Source: an uncultured Methanosarcinales archaeon (lineage in GTDB: Archaea > Nanobdellota > Nanobdellia > Woesearchaeales > CAYXTQ01). From it: a DNA stretch of 24,000 nucleotides. The DNA is taken from the NCBI GenBank assembly GCA_964608065.1, contig CAZSMA010000002.1, positions 5,887-29,886 of the forward strand, written 5' to 3'. Of the stretch, positions 9,184-15,857 are shown in pieces (the first letter of the stretch is position 1; every line of letters starts with the position of its first letter). The position numbers were made by a program, and so were the translations under genes. The notes below the pieces were generated by a model, which did no database searches, was not told the origin of the DNA, and saw nothing but the letters and a program-made list of their open reading frames with translations.

Positions 9184-11145
9184 CTATATCAAATTCCTGA
9201 AAAACAAGATTATTCTCTGCATTAAATTAACATTGCTTAATGTGATATAAAAATCTTCTTTTGTTGAATATTTTTTTCCCTCTTCATCTTCATAATTCAT
9301 TGTTATGGTAAAACTGTTTTTTCCGGCATTTAGGTCTTTCCCACTTAGGTCTAATACAAAATCATGCTCTTTGATTAATGCTTCAAGTTCCCATGTTCTT
9401 GAATAGTGTTTTCCTTTGAATTCTATATCTATGTTTTTAGGGGTTGTTTTAGATGCTTTAAATATTGTAAATTTAATATTGAATTTATCGTTGTATGAAA
9501 CTTCATCAGGATAATCTAAATCTGTAACTTTAATGTTTGGTTTATCTATAACTATGTAACTTATCCTTGCTAATTTAGAGACTTCATTGTTTTCTATGAT
9601 TATTATGTTTTCTTTGTTTCCTGGATTTGAGAAGTTAAGGTAAAATATTTTATGGGTTTCCTGCGATATCCCTAAATCAAATTTTTGACACTTTTTTTTT
9701 AAACATAGATTTAAATTGTTTAAGGCTATGTTTCCTGTATTTTTTATGCTGCAATCAATCTTTAAAGTTTCATCTATGTAATATTCATTTTTCTCTGGAT
9801 TGCAGCCCAGTTCTATGTTTTTTGAATAAATTTTTTCTTCTTCTCCTTCCAGTTTATCTAATATTTCCTGCATTTCACTTCTAGAGTAAATTACATCATC
9901 TATAGATGTGTAGAAATCTGTGTTATGTGATGTGCCTCTTGAAGAAGCAACGCTGATTGGAAATGTATAAACATATTTTTCATCTAGTTCTTTTTTTAAT
10001 TTGATTAACCAGTATTTTTTTTTTATTTCATTTGGTTTTAATACAATATATTTTTTGCTTTTATCAGCTAATTCGATTTCTTTTGGAGATGACAAATAAA
10101 GTTCTGTTGATATGTAGTAATCATTTAGATTTTTTACTTCTGCTTCAATTATATTATAAGATCCGAATCCTATGTTTTCTTCGTAAATATTTGATTTCAA
10201 TGCAATTAAAGGCTCTGTTTTTTCTTTTTTACTTTTTAATGTAACATTAATATCTAAGTTAGCTGGTTCTACTAAAACACCAGACGCTTTCCATTCATAT
10301 TTAGTAGAGGGGTCACTGGAGTCTGTGCTCTGCATTAAATTGATATGAGACAAATCTATAAATCCTAATTGCCTGTATGTAATGTCGAATGGAACCCAAC
10401 CATAGTCAGGGAAATAGACTTCTGCCCATGCATGAGATCCCCAATCATTCATGTCATTCCAGTTAGTGTATGCAACGCCGCTGATGAATCTTGCAGGAAT
10501 TCCAAGACTTCTTACCATAGCAATGAATAAGTTCGTTATTTCATCGCAAACTCCAAATTTGTTCAATAGAACCCAGGAAGATTTTTGAGATATTTCCTCT
10601 GTTAATGTGTTAAGGTTGTATTTTATGTTATCTTCTACCCATGCTGCTAGTTTGTTTGTAACTATGTACAGGTCGTCTTCTCCTGCTGCTATAGAGTTTG
10701 CCAGTTTTTCTATTTCTTTATTGTCAGAATCGATATTTTCAGTAGGTTTTGTATATGTATCATATTCTTTTGGCAGGTTTGTTAATGGAAAATTAATTTT
10801 CTTTTTTATTTTTTTTAGTTGCTGGTTGGTTTCTATTAGGTAGTTTGCTTTGAAGTTTAGTTTTTCTTCTTCAACATCATTCCATTCAAAGTTAATAGAA
10901 TCTGTAATTTCTGCCTCTGGCTGTATATTAGAGAAAGTTATCTTCTGCCTCCATGTTTCTGTAGGATAGAGGAATAACTGTGTTTTTAGGTAATCTACAT
11001 TATAATTATTTACATTAGGATGGATATTAATATTTCCAGAAATAGATATATCCATAGTTACTTCCTCAGCATTATAGAAATCATCAGCAATAGAGATATT
11101 AACTAATAAAGCTAAGATTAACAAGTATACTATAACCTTTTTCAT
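9184..11145 (-). CDS. Secreted/membrane transglutaminase-like cysteine peptidase-fold protein
   Basis: Signal peptide; KFGVCDEITNLFIAMVRSLGIPARFISGVAY...SHAWAEVYFPDYGWVPFDITYRQLG = Cys/His/Asp transglutaminase core; C-terminal TM. Confidence 0.92.
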   Translation of the reverse strand: MKKVIVYLLILALLVNISIADDFYNAEEVTMDISISGNINIHPNVNNYNVDYLKTQLFLYPTETWRQKITFSNIQPEAEITDSINFEWNDVEEEKLNFKANYLIETNQQLKKIKKKINFPLTNLPKEYDTYTKPTENIDSDNKEIEKLANSIAAGEDDLYIVTNKLAAWVEDNIKYNLNTLTEEISQKSSWVLLNKFGVCDEITNLFIAMVRSLGIPARFISGVAYTNWNDMNDWGSHAWAEVYFPDYGWVPFDITYRQLGFIDLSHINLMQSTDSSDPSTKYEWKASGVLVEPANLDINVTLKSKKEKTEPLIALKSNIYEENIGFGSYNIIEAEVKNLNDYYISTELYLSSPKEIELADKSKKYIVLKPNEIKKKYWLIKLKKELDEKYVYTFPISVASSRGTSHNTDFYTSIDDVIYSRSEMQEILDKLEGEEEKIYSKNIELGCNPEKNEYYIDETLKIDCSIKNTGNIALNNLNLCLKKKCQKFDLGISQETHKIFYLNFSNPGNKENIIIIENNEVSKLARISYIVIDKPNIKVTDLDYPDEVSYNDKFNIKFTIFKASKTTPKNIDIEFKGKHYSRTWELEALIKEHDFVLDLSGKDLNAGKNSFTITMNYEDEEGKKYSTKEDFYITLSNVNLMQRIILFFRNLI

Positions 11146-11200
11146 AGAATAAAGTAAAAATAAAGAGTATATTTAATATTTTCTGTTAAAGCATTAGAAT

Positions 11201-11317
11201 TTAATCTATAACTAAGCCGCATTTCTTGCAAAACAGTTCTCCGTTTTCATATTCGATGTCTTCACTGCTGCAATCTGGGCATATTCTTTTTTTTCCCTCT
11301 TGTTTAATTTTATCCAT
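11201..11317 (-). CDS. TFIIB-type zinc ribbon only (38 aa, truncated TFB or stand-alone ribbon)
   Basis: MDKIKQEGKKRICPDCSSEDIEYENGELFCKKCGLVID* - exact TFB N-terminal ribbon architecture, but stop occurs right after CGLVID. TATA-like ATTTATAAAT lies about 65-75 bp upstream. Confidence 0.6.
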   Translation of the reverse strand: MDKIKQEGKKRICPDCSSEDIEYENGELFCKKCGLVID

Positions 11318-11565
11318 GGATCTTTCGCTCCATTGAGCCAAGTTTACCACCTTTATACTTATTTTAGAAGTCATAAATCTATTTATAAATGTATCGAAAA
11401 TGAACTGAGAAAAGCAAAGCGTTTCTGGTTTCTCAAAAATCGTTTTACGATTTTTAAGACTTTGCATTTTCGGGACATTTATACACGAAGAAATCGAAGA
11501 TTTCTCTCGTATAAATGTTATGGTTTTTAAAGAAAGAAAGAAAAATAAAAACGCCGCGGGAGAGA

Positions 11566-11647
11566 CTTTCGTTCTGGTTGCGAGCGACAAGCGAGCAAGT
11601 GCAACTTTACGTTGCACCTTGCGTGTCGACCGAGCGTAACCAGTCGT
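11566..11647 (-). other. 82-nt BHB intron in tRNA-Ser T-loop (59/60)
   Basis: TTCG|AA^A ... CGAA|AG^T: TTCG/CGAA helix; removal gives T-loop TTCGAAT. Core shared with the tRNA-Gly intron. Confidence 0.88.
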
Positions 11648-11679
11648 TTCGAACTCTCGTGCCCTTACGGACAGAGGAT

Positions 11680-11693
11680 CTCTGCAGTAACCT
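11680..11693 (-). other. 14-nt BHB intron in tRNA-Ser at the canonical 37/38 position
   Basis: TTGC|TA^A ... GCAG|AG^A: TTGC/GCAG helix with 3-nt bulges; removal gives anticodon loop TTGCTAA. Confidence 0.82.
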
Positions 11694-11701
11694 TAGCAAT
11701 C

Positions 11702-11716
11702 TTACGGTCATTTGAT
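11702..11716 (-). other. 15-nt BHB intron in tRNA-Ser, anticodon stem between positions 29/30
   Basis: GCGG|AG^A ... CCGT|AA^G: GCGG/CCGT helix with 3-nt bulges; removal gives the perfect stem GAGGA/TCCTC. Confidence 0.8.
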
Positions 11717-11778
11717 CTCCGCAATGGCCAGGCTATGCGACCGCGGCGTGATGTCTGGCAGTATGTAGAATCAAATCG

Positions 11779-12504
11779 TTATTTAAAAACATTTGCTTTT
11801 CTAAGCTCTTTATATCTCATATATCTTTCTAAGTATTTAGGGTTTCTAAATCCAATTCTAGTCATCCAATCTTCCAAATTTTTATGTCCAACCACTTCTA
11901 TCCTACTAATGGTATATATTTTGTTGAATCTTTTATCATAGTAAGTGCTATCTATAGAGAGACACGCGTTGAATCCTAGTTTTGTTAATATTTTGTTTAA
12001 TTCAAGGATAAAATTTTTATTTTTAGAAGCACCACATATTACAGGGTAATGAGGGTATTGTTTATTGGTCTTTTTCAGAGTTAAGGAAAAGTCTGTGTCA
12101 GCAACTCCTTGCAAAAAAGCAATTTTTAGTTGAGTTGTATTAAAGCATTTAGGTATTTTTAAGTTTAGATATTTTTTTCCGTTAGGAAGCCCAATTCTTT
12201 CAGTTAAGAACGTAAATAAAGCTTTGGAATATATAACAAAGCCATATGTTGATTTATTACCAATTAATCTCATCTTCACATCTAAATTAAAAGTTTTCTT
12301 AAGTAGGGGTTTTATAATTAAGTTATAAAATTCTTTTTCATTGTGGGGATTTCCTCCACAGTTTATTTCGTAATCTTTTTTAGGTCTTGAGTGTAAACAA
12401 CCATCTCCAGCAAGAACTCCACAAATATAAGCTAAGTCTTTAGTTAATTTATGGGGTAGCTTTAAGCCTTTAATCATATCCTTTTTACTTAGTTCAATTT
12501 TCAT
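11779..12504 (-). CDS. LAGLIDADG homing endonuclease (HEG1)
   Basis: Two LAGLIDADG-like motifs LAYICGVLAGDG and LKIAFLQGVADTD. GGAGGCGAT Shine-Dalgarno upstream of the ATG at 12504; the longer ORF start (12693) includes the structured leader. Confidence 0.88.
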   Translation of the reverse strand: MKIELSKKDMIKGLKLPHKLTKDLAYICGVLAGDGCLHSRPKKDYEINCGGNPHNEKEFYNLIIKPLLKKTFNLDVKMRLIGNKSTYGFVIYSKALFTFLTERIGLPNGKKYLNLKIPKCFNTTQLKIAFLQGVADTDFSLTLKKTNKQYPHYPVICGASKNKNFILELNKILTKLGFNACLSIDSTYYDKRFNKIYTISRIEVVGHKNLEDWMTRIGFRNPKYLERYMRYKELRKANVFK

Positions 12505-12562
12505 ACATATCGCCTCCAATTTAAAGATTTTCTTTATTTTATCAGAAAATCCTATTTGGGGT

Positions 12563-12646
12563 AAAAGAGGGCGTTGAGTAAAACTGCGTAATAGATTTTC
12601 TATGTAATAGAAAATCTTAATTTGACAGTTTTGCGTGTCCTCTTTT
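12563..12646 (-). promoter_or_regulatory. Highly structured leader between HEG1 promoter and start codon
   Basis: Nested inverted repeats: AAAAGAGG/CCTCTTTT, AAAACTG/CAGTTTT and AGATTTTCTAT-(3 nt)-ATAGAAAATCT. Confidence 0.55.
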
Positions 12647-12672
12647 TTTTTAACAATTTCTAGAATTTCTAT

Positions 12673-12710
12673 CTTTAAATACCTTACGCACACTTGGCCA
12701 GTGGCCAGTG
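12673..12710 (-). promoter_or_regulatory. HEG1 promoter: shared palindromic element abutting TATA
   Basis: Minus strand CACTGGCCACTGGCCAAGTGTGCGTAAGGTATTTAAAGAT. Confidence 0.75.
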
Positions 12711-12728
12711 GGGCTATTATATTAAGAA

Positions 12729-13082
12729 TTATTCATCTAAAGCACAAGGTCTTTCATCCCAAACACCATACCACTTTGTTTTTTCACTAAGTCTTGTGTT
12801 CTTGAAGTCTGCAATCCAGAAGTAATTTTCATCTTCACAGTACAGTGCTTTTCTCCATTCTGAATTGTCTTCTGTTTTGATTAAGTCTATGTAAACTACT
12901 TTTTTACTGCTAGGACATTCTTTCTCATCCCATGTTCCTTTAGGTATTTGTCCAGTATCTAATTTCATATCACTATTTAGTTCTGGTGGATCTATACATT
13001 CGTAATTAATGGTGTTTTCTTTTTTACAACCACTTATTATTATAATTGTTAAGATTGTTAACAAGATTATTGTTTTCTTCAT
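12729..13082 (-). CDS. Hypothetical lipoprotein
   Basis: Signal peptide with lipobox-like IIISGCKK; 117 aa. Confidence 0.7.
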   Translation of the reverse strand: MKKTIILLTILTIIIISGCKKENTINYECIDPPELNSDMKLDTGQIPKGTWDEKECPSSKKVVYIDLIKTEDNSEWRKALYCEDENYFWIADFKNTRLSEKTKWYGVWDERPCALDE

Positions 13083-13111
13083 TTTTGTTTGTTGATTTGA
13101 TGTTTTAATAT

Positions 13112-13834
13112 TTAAATATTATGTTTCTTTAATAACATATTGAATCTATCTCTAAGAAACTTGATTCTAAATCCTATTTTTTTGAATTTAGTGAAATTTT
13201 CTTTTCTATATATAGAAAGCCTATATTGAATTGTTTTATGGGTTCCACCAATTCTTTCTTTTACATGAGATGTCATATCTAACTCTTTTAGAAGTTTTTG
13301 TAGATCCAAAGCAAATTTTTTGTCTTTTGTAATAAATCTTATTTCATATAATGATTTTAATATAGTTCCTTCCATGTCAAACGCTTGTTTTAAATATGCA
13401 ATTTTTACTGAATCCGGAGACTTAAATATCCACTGTGGAATTCTCATAGATTCATTAGATTTAGGTATTTGTAAAATATGATAAAAGAATCTTGCTAGTG
13501 TTTTTGAATTAGTATATGTATCAAAACAATTACGATTATTTCTAATAAAGATTTTGTTTGAAGGAGAAAAAAGTTTATTTAATAAATCTTTAAATAAATG
13601 ATTTTTTGTTATATCCTTTTTCTGATGAAAATAGATCCTCATTAAATCTCTAATTAGGCTTCCATCAGGCATTAAACCAGATAAAGAGGCACAATCTTCG
13701 TTTAATATAAAAGGAATATTTATTTTTATTGTATTTATTCCGTTATCATATTTTAAAGTATATTTATTATCAATGAAAGATACTATTTTAAAGTATTTAG
13801 TTAATAATTTTTTATCAATTTTTTGATATTTCAT
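13112..13834 (-). CDS. LAGLIDADG-family homing endonuclease, divergent (HEG2)
   Basis: Degenerate motifs CASLSGLMPDGSL and VKIAYLKQAFDMEGTI spaced as in two-repeat LAGLIDADG proteins. Confidence 0.75.
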   Translation of the reverse strand: MKYQKIDKKLLTKYFKIVSFIDNKYTLKYDNGINTIKINIPFILNEDCASLSGLMPDGSLIRDLMRIYFHQKKDITKNHLFKDLLNKLFSPSNKIFIRNNRNCFDTYTNSKTLARFFYHILQIPKSNESMRIPQWIFKSPDSVKIAYLKQAFDMEGTILKSLYEIRFITKDKKFALDLQKLLKELDMTSHVKERIGGTHKTIQYRLSIYRKENFTKFKKIGFRIKFLRDRFNMLLKKHNI

Positions 13835-13920
13835 TTTAAATCACCAAGCTTTCCTTAATTATAACTATGTAAATGGTTTTCCTTTATATACCTCACGTGC
13901 ACTTGGCCAGTGCTAGTGAG
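13832..13920 (-). promoter_or_regulatory. HEG2 promoter/leader (copy of the HEG3 promoter in inverted orientation)
   Basis: CTCACTAGCACTGGCCAAGTGCACGTGAGGTATATAAAGGAAAACCATTTACATAGTT...GGTGATTTAAAATG. Confidence 0.85.
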
Positions 13921-14063
13921 AATCCTCAAAAATCAAAGATTTTTGGGACACAGAAAATCTACGATTTTCTCGTGAATCATAATTTGATAGTTGAAACCTT
14001 GTTTAAAGTGTGATTTAAAATAGAATAAAGCAAAAATTAAAAAAAAAAAATAGCGGGAGATGG

Positions 14064-14094
14064 AAATTCAGGAAATAGCATATATGTTATTTCC
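14064..14094 (-). other. 31-nt BHB intron in tRNA-iMet T-loop (59/60)
   Basis: GATGG|TTCA|AA^T|GGAAATA ... TATTTCC|TGAA|TT^T|CCATC, an ideal hBHBh. Confidence 0.92.
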
Positions 14095-14141
14095 ATTTGA
14101 ACCATCGACCTATGGGTTATGAGCCCATCGGGCACTCCTGA

Positions 14142-14172
14142 TTGGACTATCAGGATGTAAAAACCCTAATAT
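14142..14172 (-). other. 31-nt BHB intron in tRNA-iMet D-loop (about 15/16)
   Basis: GGGC|AG^A|TATTAGGG ... TCCTGATA|GTCC|AA^T. Confidence 0.88.
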
Positions 14173-14180
14173 CTGCCCTA

Positions 14181-14212
14181 CTACGGTGTAAAAAGCAATT
14201 ACTTAATTACAT
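14181..14212 (-). other. 32-nt BHB intron in tRNA-iMet between positions 7/8
   Basis: GCGG|GA^A|TGTAA ... TTACA|CCGT|AG^T: 4-bp helix with two 3-nt bulges. Confidence 0.88.
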
Positions 14213-14283
14213 TCCCGCTATAAATGGGCAGACTTTCTTTATAGGAAACTTGGTTTATTTATAAATATTACTGAAAAAAGGTT

Positions 14284-14616
14284 TTATTCATAACTTTTCT
14301 TATAACTAGAATCAGTACGTAGTCTGTGCTGGATTCCTCTTTTAATATCATTGAATGATTTATGTAATGTCCTTGCAAGGTCCCAGTCAGTTGTATTACT
14401 TGATGTAAAAGAGATAGAAGGGTTTTTTACACTAATATCTAAATCATATTTTTTTCTTGCCCCTTTTTTTCTGTGTGTTTTGACATGTATTATAATAGAA
14501 GTCTCTCCTTTTAATCCTCTAATTATTTTTTCATAGTATTCATTAGCTAGTTTGTTTAGGATGCTTATTTCAGTTTCATCTAATTCTTTAATACCTTTTA
14601 TTTGTATTGGTTCCAT
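14284..14616 (-). CDS. Hypothetical protein, possibly a ribosome-associated/HPF-like archaeal family
   Basis: 110 aa with regular alternating hydrophobic pattern (ETSIIIHVKTHRKKGARKKYDLDISVKNPSI...WDLARTLHKSFNDIKRGIQHR). Confidence 0.6.
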   Translation of the reverse strand: MEPIQIKGIKELDETEISILNKLANEYYEKIIRGLKGETSIIIHVKTHRKKGARKKYDLDISVKNPSISFTSSNTTDWDLARTLHKSFNDIKRGIQHRLRTDSSYKKSYE

Positions 14617-14730
14617 TGTATGTGAATTAAGGAAGTGTTAGTTTATATATTTTTCTGTAGTCTTTATTTTTTTATATCCTATACATTTTAAATCACTTTA
14701 GAGATATTTCAACTATTAAATTATGCTTTT

Positions 14731-14819
14731 CTCACACCCACTGGCCAAGTGTGCGTGAGGTATATAAAGGAAAACCATTTACATAGTTTCAACTGAGTAA
14801 AGTTTGGTGATTTAAAATG
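14731..14819 (+). promoter_or_regulatory. HEG3 promoter/leader
   Basis: CTCACACCCACTGGCCAAGTGTGCGTGAGGTATATAAAGGAAAACCATTTACATAGTTTC...GGTGATTTAAAATG. Confidence 0.85.
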
Positions 14820-15857
14820 GATAATAAAAAAATAAAATATAATAAAGAATTAGCAGAATGTGTAGGTTTATGGTTAGCTGAAGGTGATAATAAATCTAGA
14901 CATGAGATTACCTTCTCAAATAATTGTTGGGAATTAGTGGATTTATTCCATAAAACTATTAGTAAATTATTTAGAAAATATAACCTAAAGATTAGAATAT
15001 ATGTTTATAATTCAATTAAAAAACAAATTAAAATCCCAATTAAAGATGTTCAAATTAATTATTATGTTGATAAAAGGGCTACAAAACCATACTATATATG
15101 GAGATTGGCTTCTGTTGATTTAGTAAAAAAATGGAAAGATATAGTTGAAAAATCAAAGAATAAGAAAGAAATGTATGCAGGAGTTCTAAGAGGGTTTTTT
15201 GCTGGAGAAGGTAATATTAAAGAAGGTAGTCATTCTAACAGAACTGTAAGGATATCACAAAATAATCCAAACAGATTCATTGAGGGTGTTTTAGATTATT
15301 ATAAAGTGGAATATAAGTTTGTAAAAAATGAGAGGAATTATTATATTACTCATAAACAAAATTGGAATAAATTAGCTAAAATTAGGATAGCAGATTTACA
15401 TCCAACCAAAAAAACAAGATTTTTGAAGGTTTATAATGATTTTAAAGAAGAACATTACAAACATAATTATTTAAAGAAAAAAATAATAGAATCTTTAGTG
15501 AAACCTTATACTTCTAAGCAGTTATCTACAAAATTTAATAGGTCACAAGCAAGGATTTATGATGTATTATATATACTTAAAAAAGAATGGGAAATATCAA
15601 ATTTTAGAGTTAAAAGTAAAGATTATTGGATAAGAAATGACCAAAAAGTTATTATAGTATCTAAAATTAAGCAAAAATATCTTAATTTATTGAAAGAGTC
15701 TAATAAAACTACAGAGGAAATTTCCAGTAAACTTAAGATATGTTGGAAATCTGCATTTAGGAGGCTTAAAGAACTTGAGAAATTAAGATTAGTAAAGAGA
15801 GGTAAGAACAAAATCTGGGAGGTAATACATGTGAATAAGAAGGTGGTTGTTATATGA
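14817..15857 (+). CDS. LAGLIDADG homing endonuclease (HEG3)
   Basis: LAECVGLWLAEGDNKSR and MYAGVLRGFFAGEGNIK motifs, then a C-terminal basic HTH-like segment (KQLSTKFNRSQARIYDVLYIL). Confidence 0.9.
   Translation: MDNKKIKYNKELAECVGLWLAEGDNKSRHEITFSNNCWELVDLFHKTISKLFRKYNLKIRIYVYNSIKKQIKIPIKDVQINYYVDKRATKPYYIWRLASVDLVKKWKDIVEKSKNKKEMYAGVLRGFFAGEGNIKEGSHSNRTVRISQNNPNRFIEGVLDYYKVEYKFVKNERNYYITHKQNWNKLAKIRIADLHPTKKTRFLKVYNDFKEEHYKHNYLKKKIIESLVKPYTSKQLSTKFNRSQARIYDVLYILKKEWEISNFRVKSKDYWIRNDQKVIIVSKIKQKYLNLLKESNKTTEEISSKLKICWKSAFRRLKELEKLRLVKRGKNKIWEVIHVNKKVVVI

Larger units (their letters stand above)
11552..11747 (-). tRNA. tRNA-Ser(GCU) with three BHB introns (mature form 85 nt)
   Basis: Acceptor GCCGCGG/CCGCGGC with discriminator G. 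Mature: GCCGCGG TC GCATAGCCTGGCCATTGC G GAGGA TTGCTAA TCCTC TGTCCGTAAGGGCAC GAGAG TTCGAAT CTCTC CCGCGGC G. Each removed segment fits a 4-bp helix flanked by two 3-nt bulges. Confidence 0.9.
14051..14219 (-). tRNA. Initiator tRNA-Met(CAU) with three BHB mini-introns (mature form 75 nt)
   Basis: Mature: AGCGGGA TA GGGC AGTCAGGAGT GCCC G ATGGG CTCATAA CCCAT AGGTC GATGG TTCAAAT CCATC TCCCGCT A. The A1:T72 end and AG..CAGGAG D-loop are typical of archaeal initiator tRNA. Confidence 0.93.

Noticed and set aside
11552-11747. tRNA-Leu(CAA) reading of the locus at 11.6 kb
   Set aside because: ATCAAAT could be read as a CAA anticodon loop with CGGAG/CTCTG, but spacing to the D-stem is two nucleotides short. 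The Ser(GCU) solution gives perfect pairing, U33, G73 and consistent BHB motifs.
11515-11941. ORFs 11515..11715 and 11612..11941 on the plus strand and the long N-terminal extension 11318..11617 of the minus-strand ORF
   Set aside because: They run antisense or through tRNA-Ser and the palindromic region; translations are low-complexity and unlike proteins. Only the zinc-ribbon part is credible.
11779-15857. LAGLIDADG genes as inteins or intron-encoded ORFs
   Set aside because: No splice-domain motifs or host protein fused in frame; each has its own TATA and ribosome-binding site, and the neighbouring introns do not contain them.
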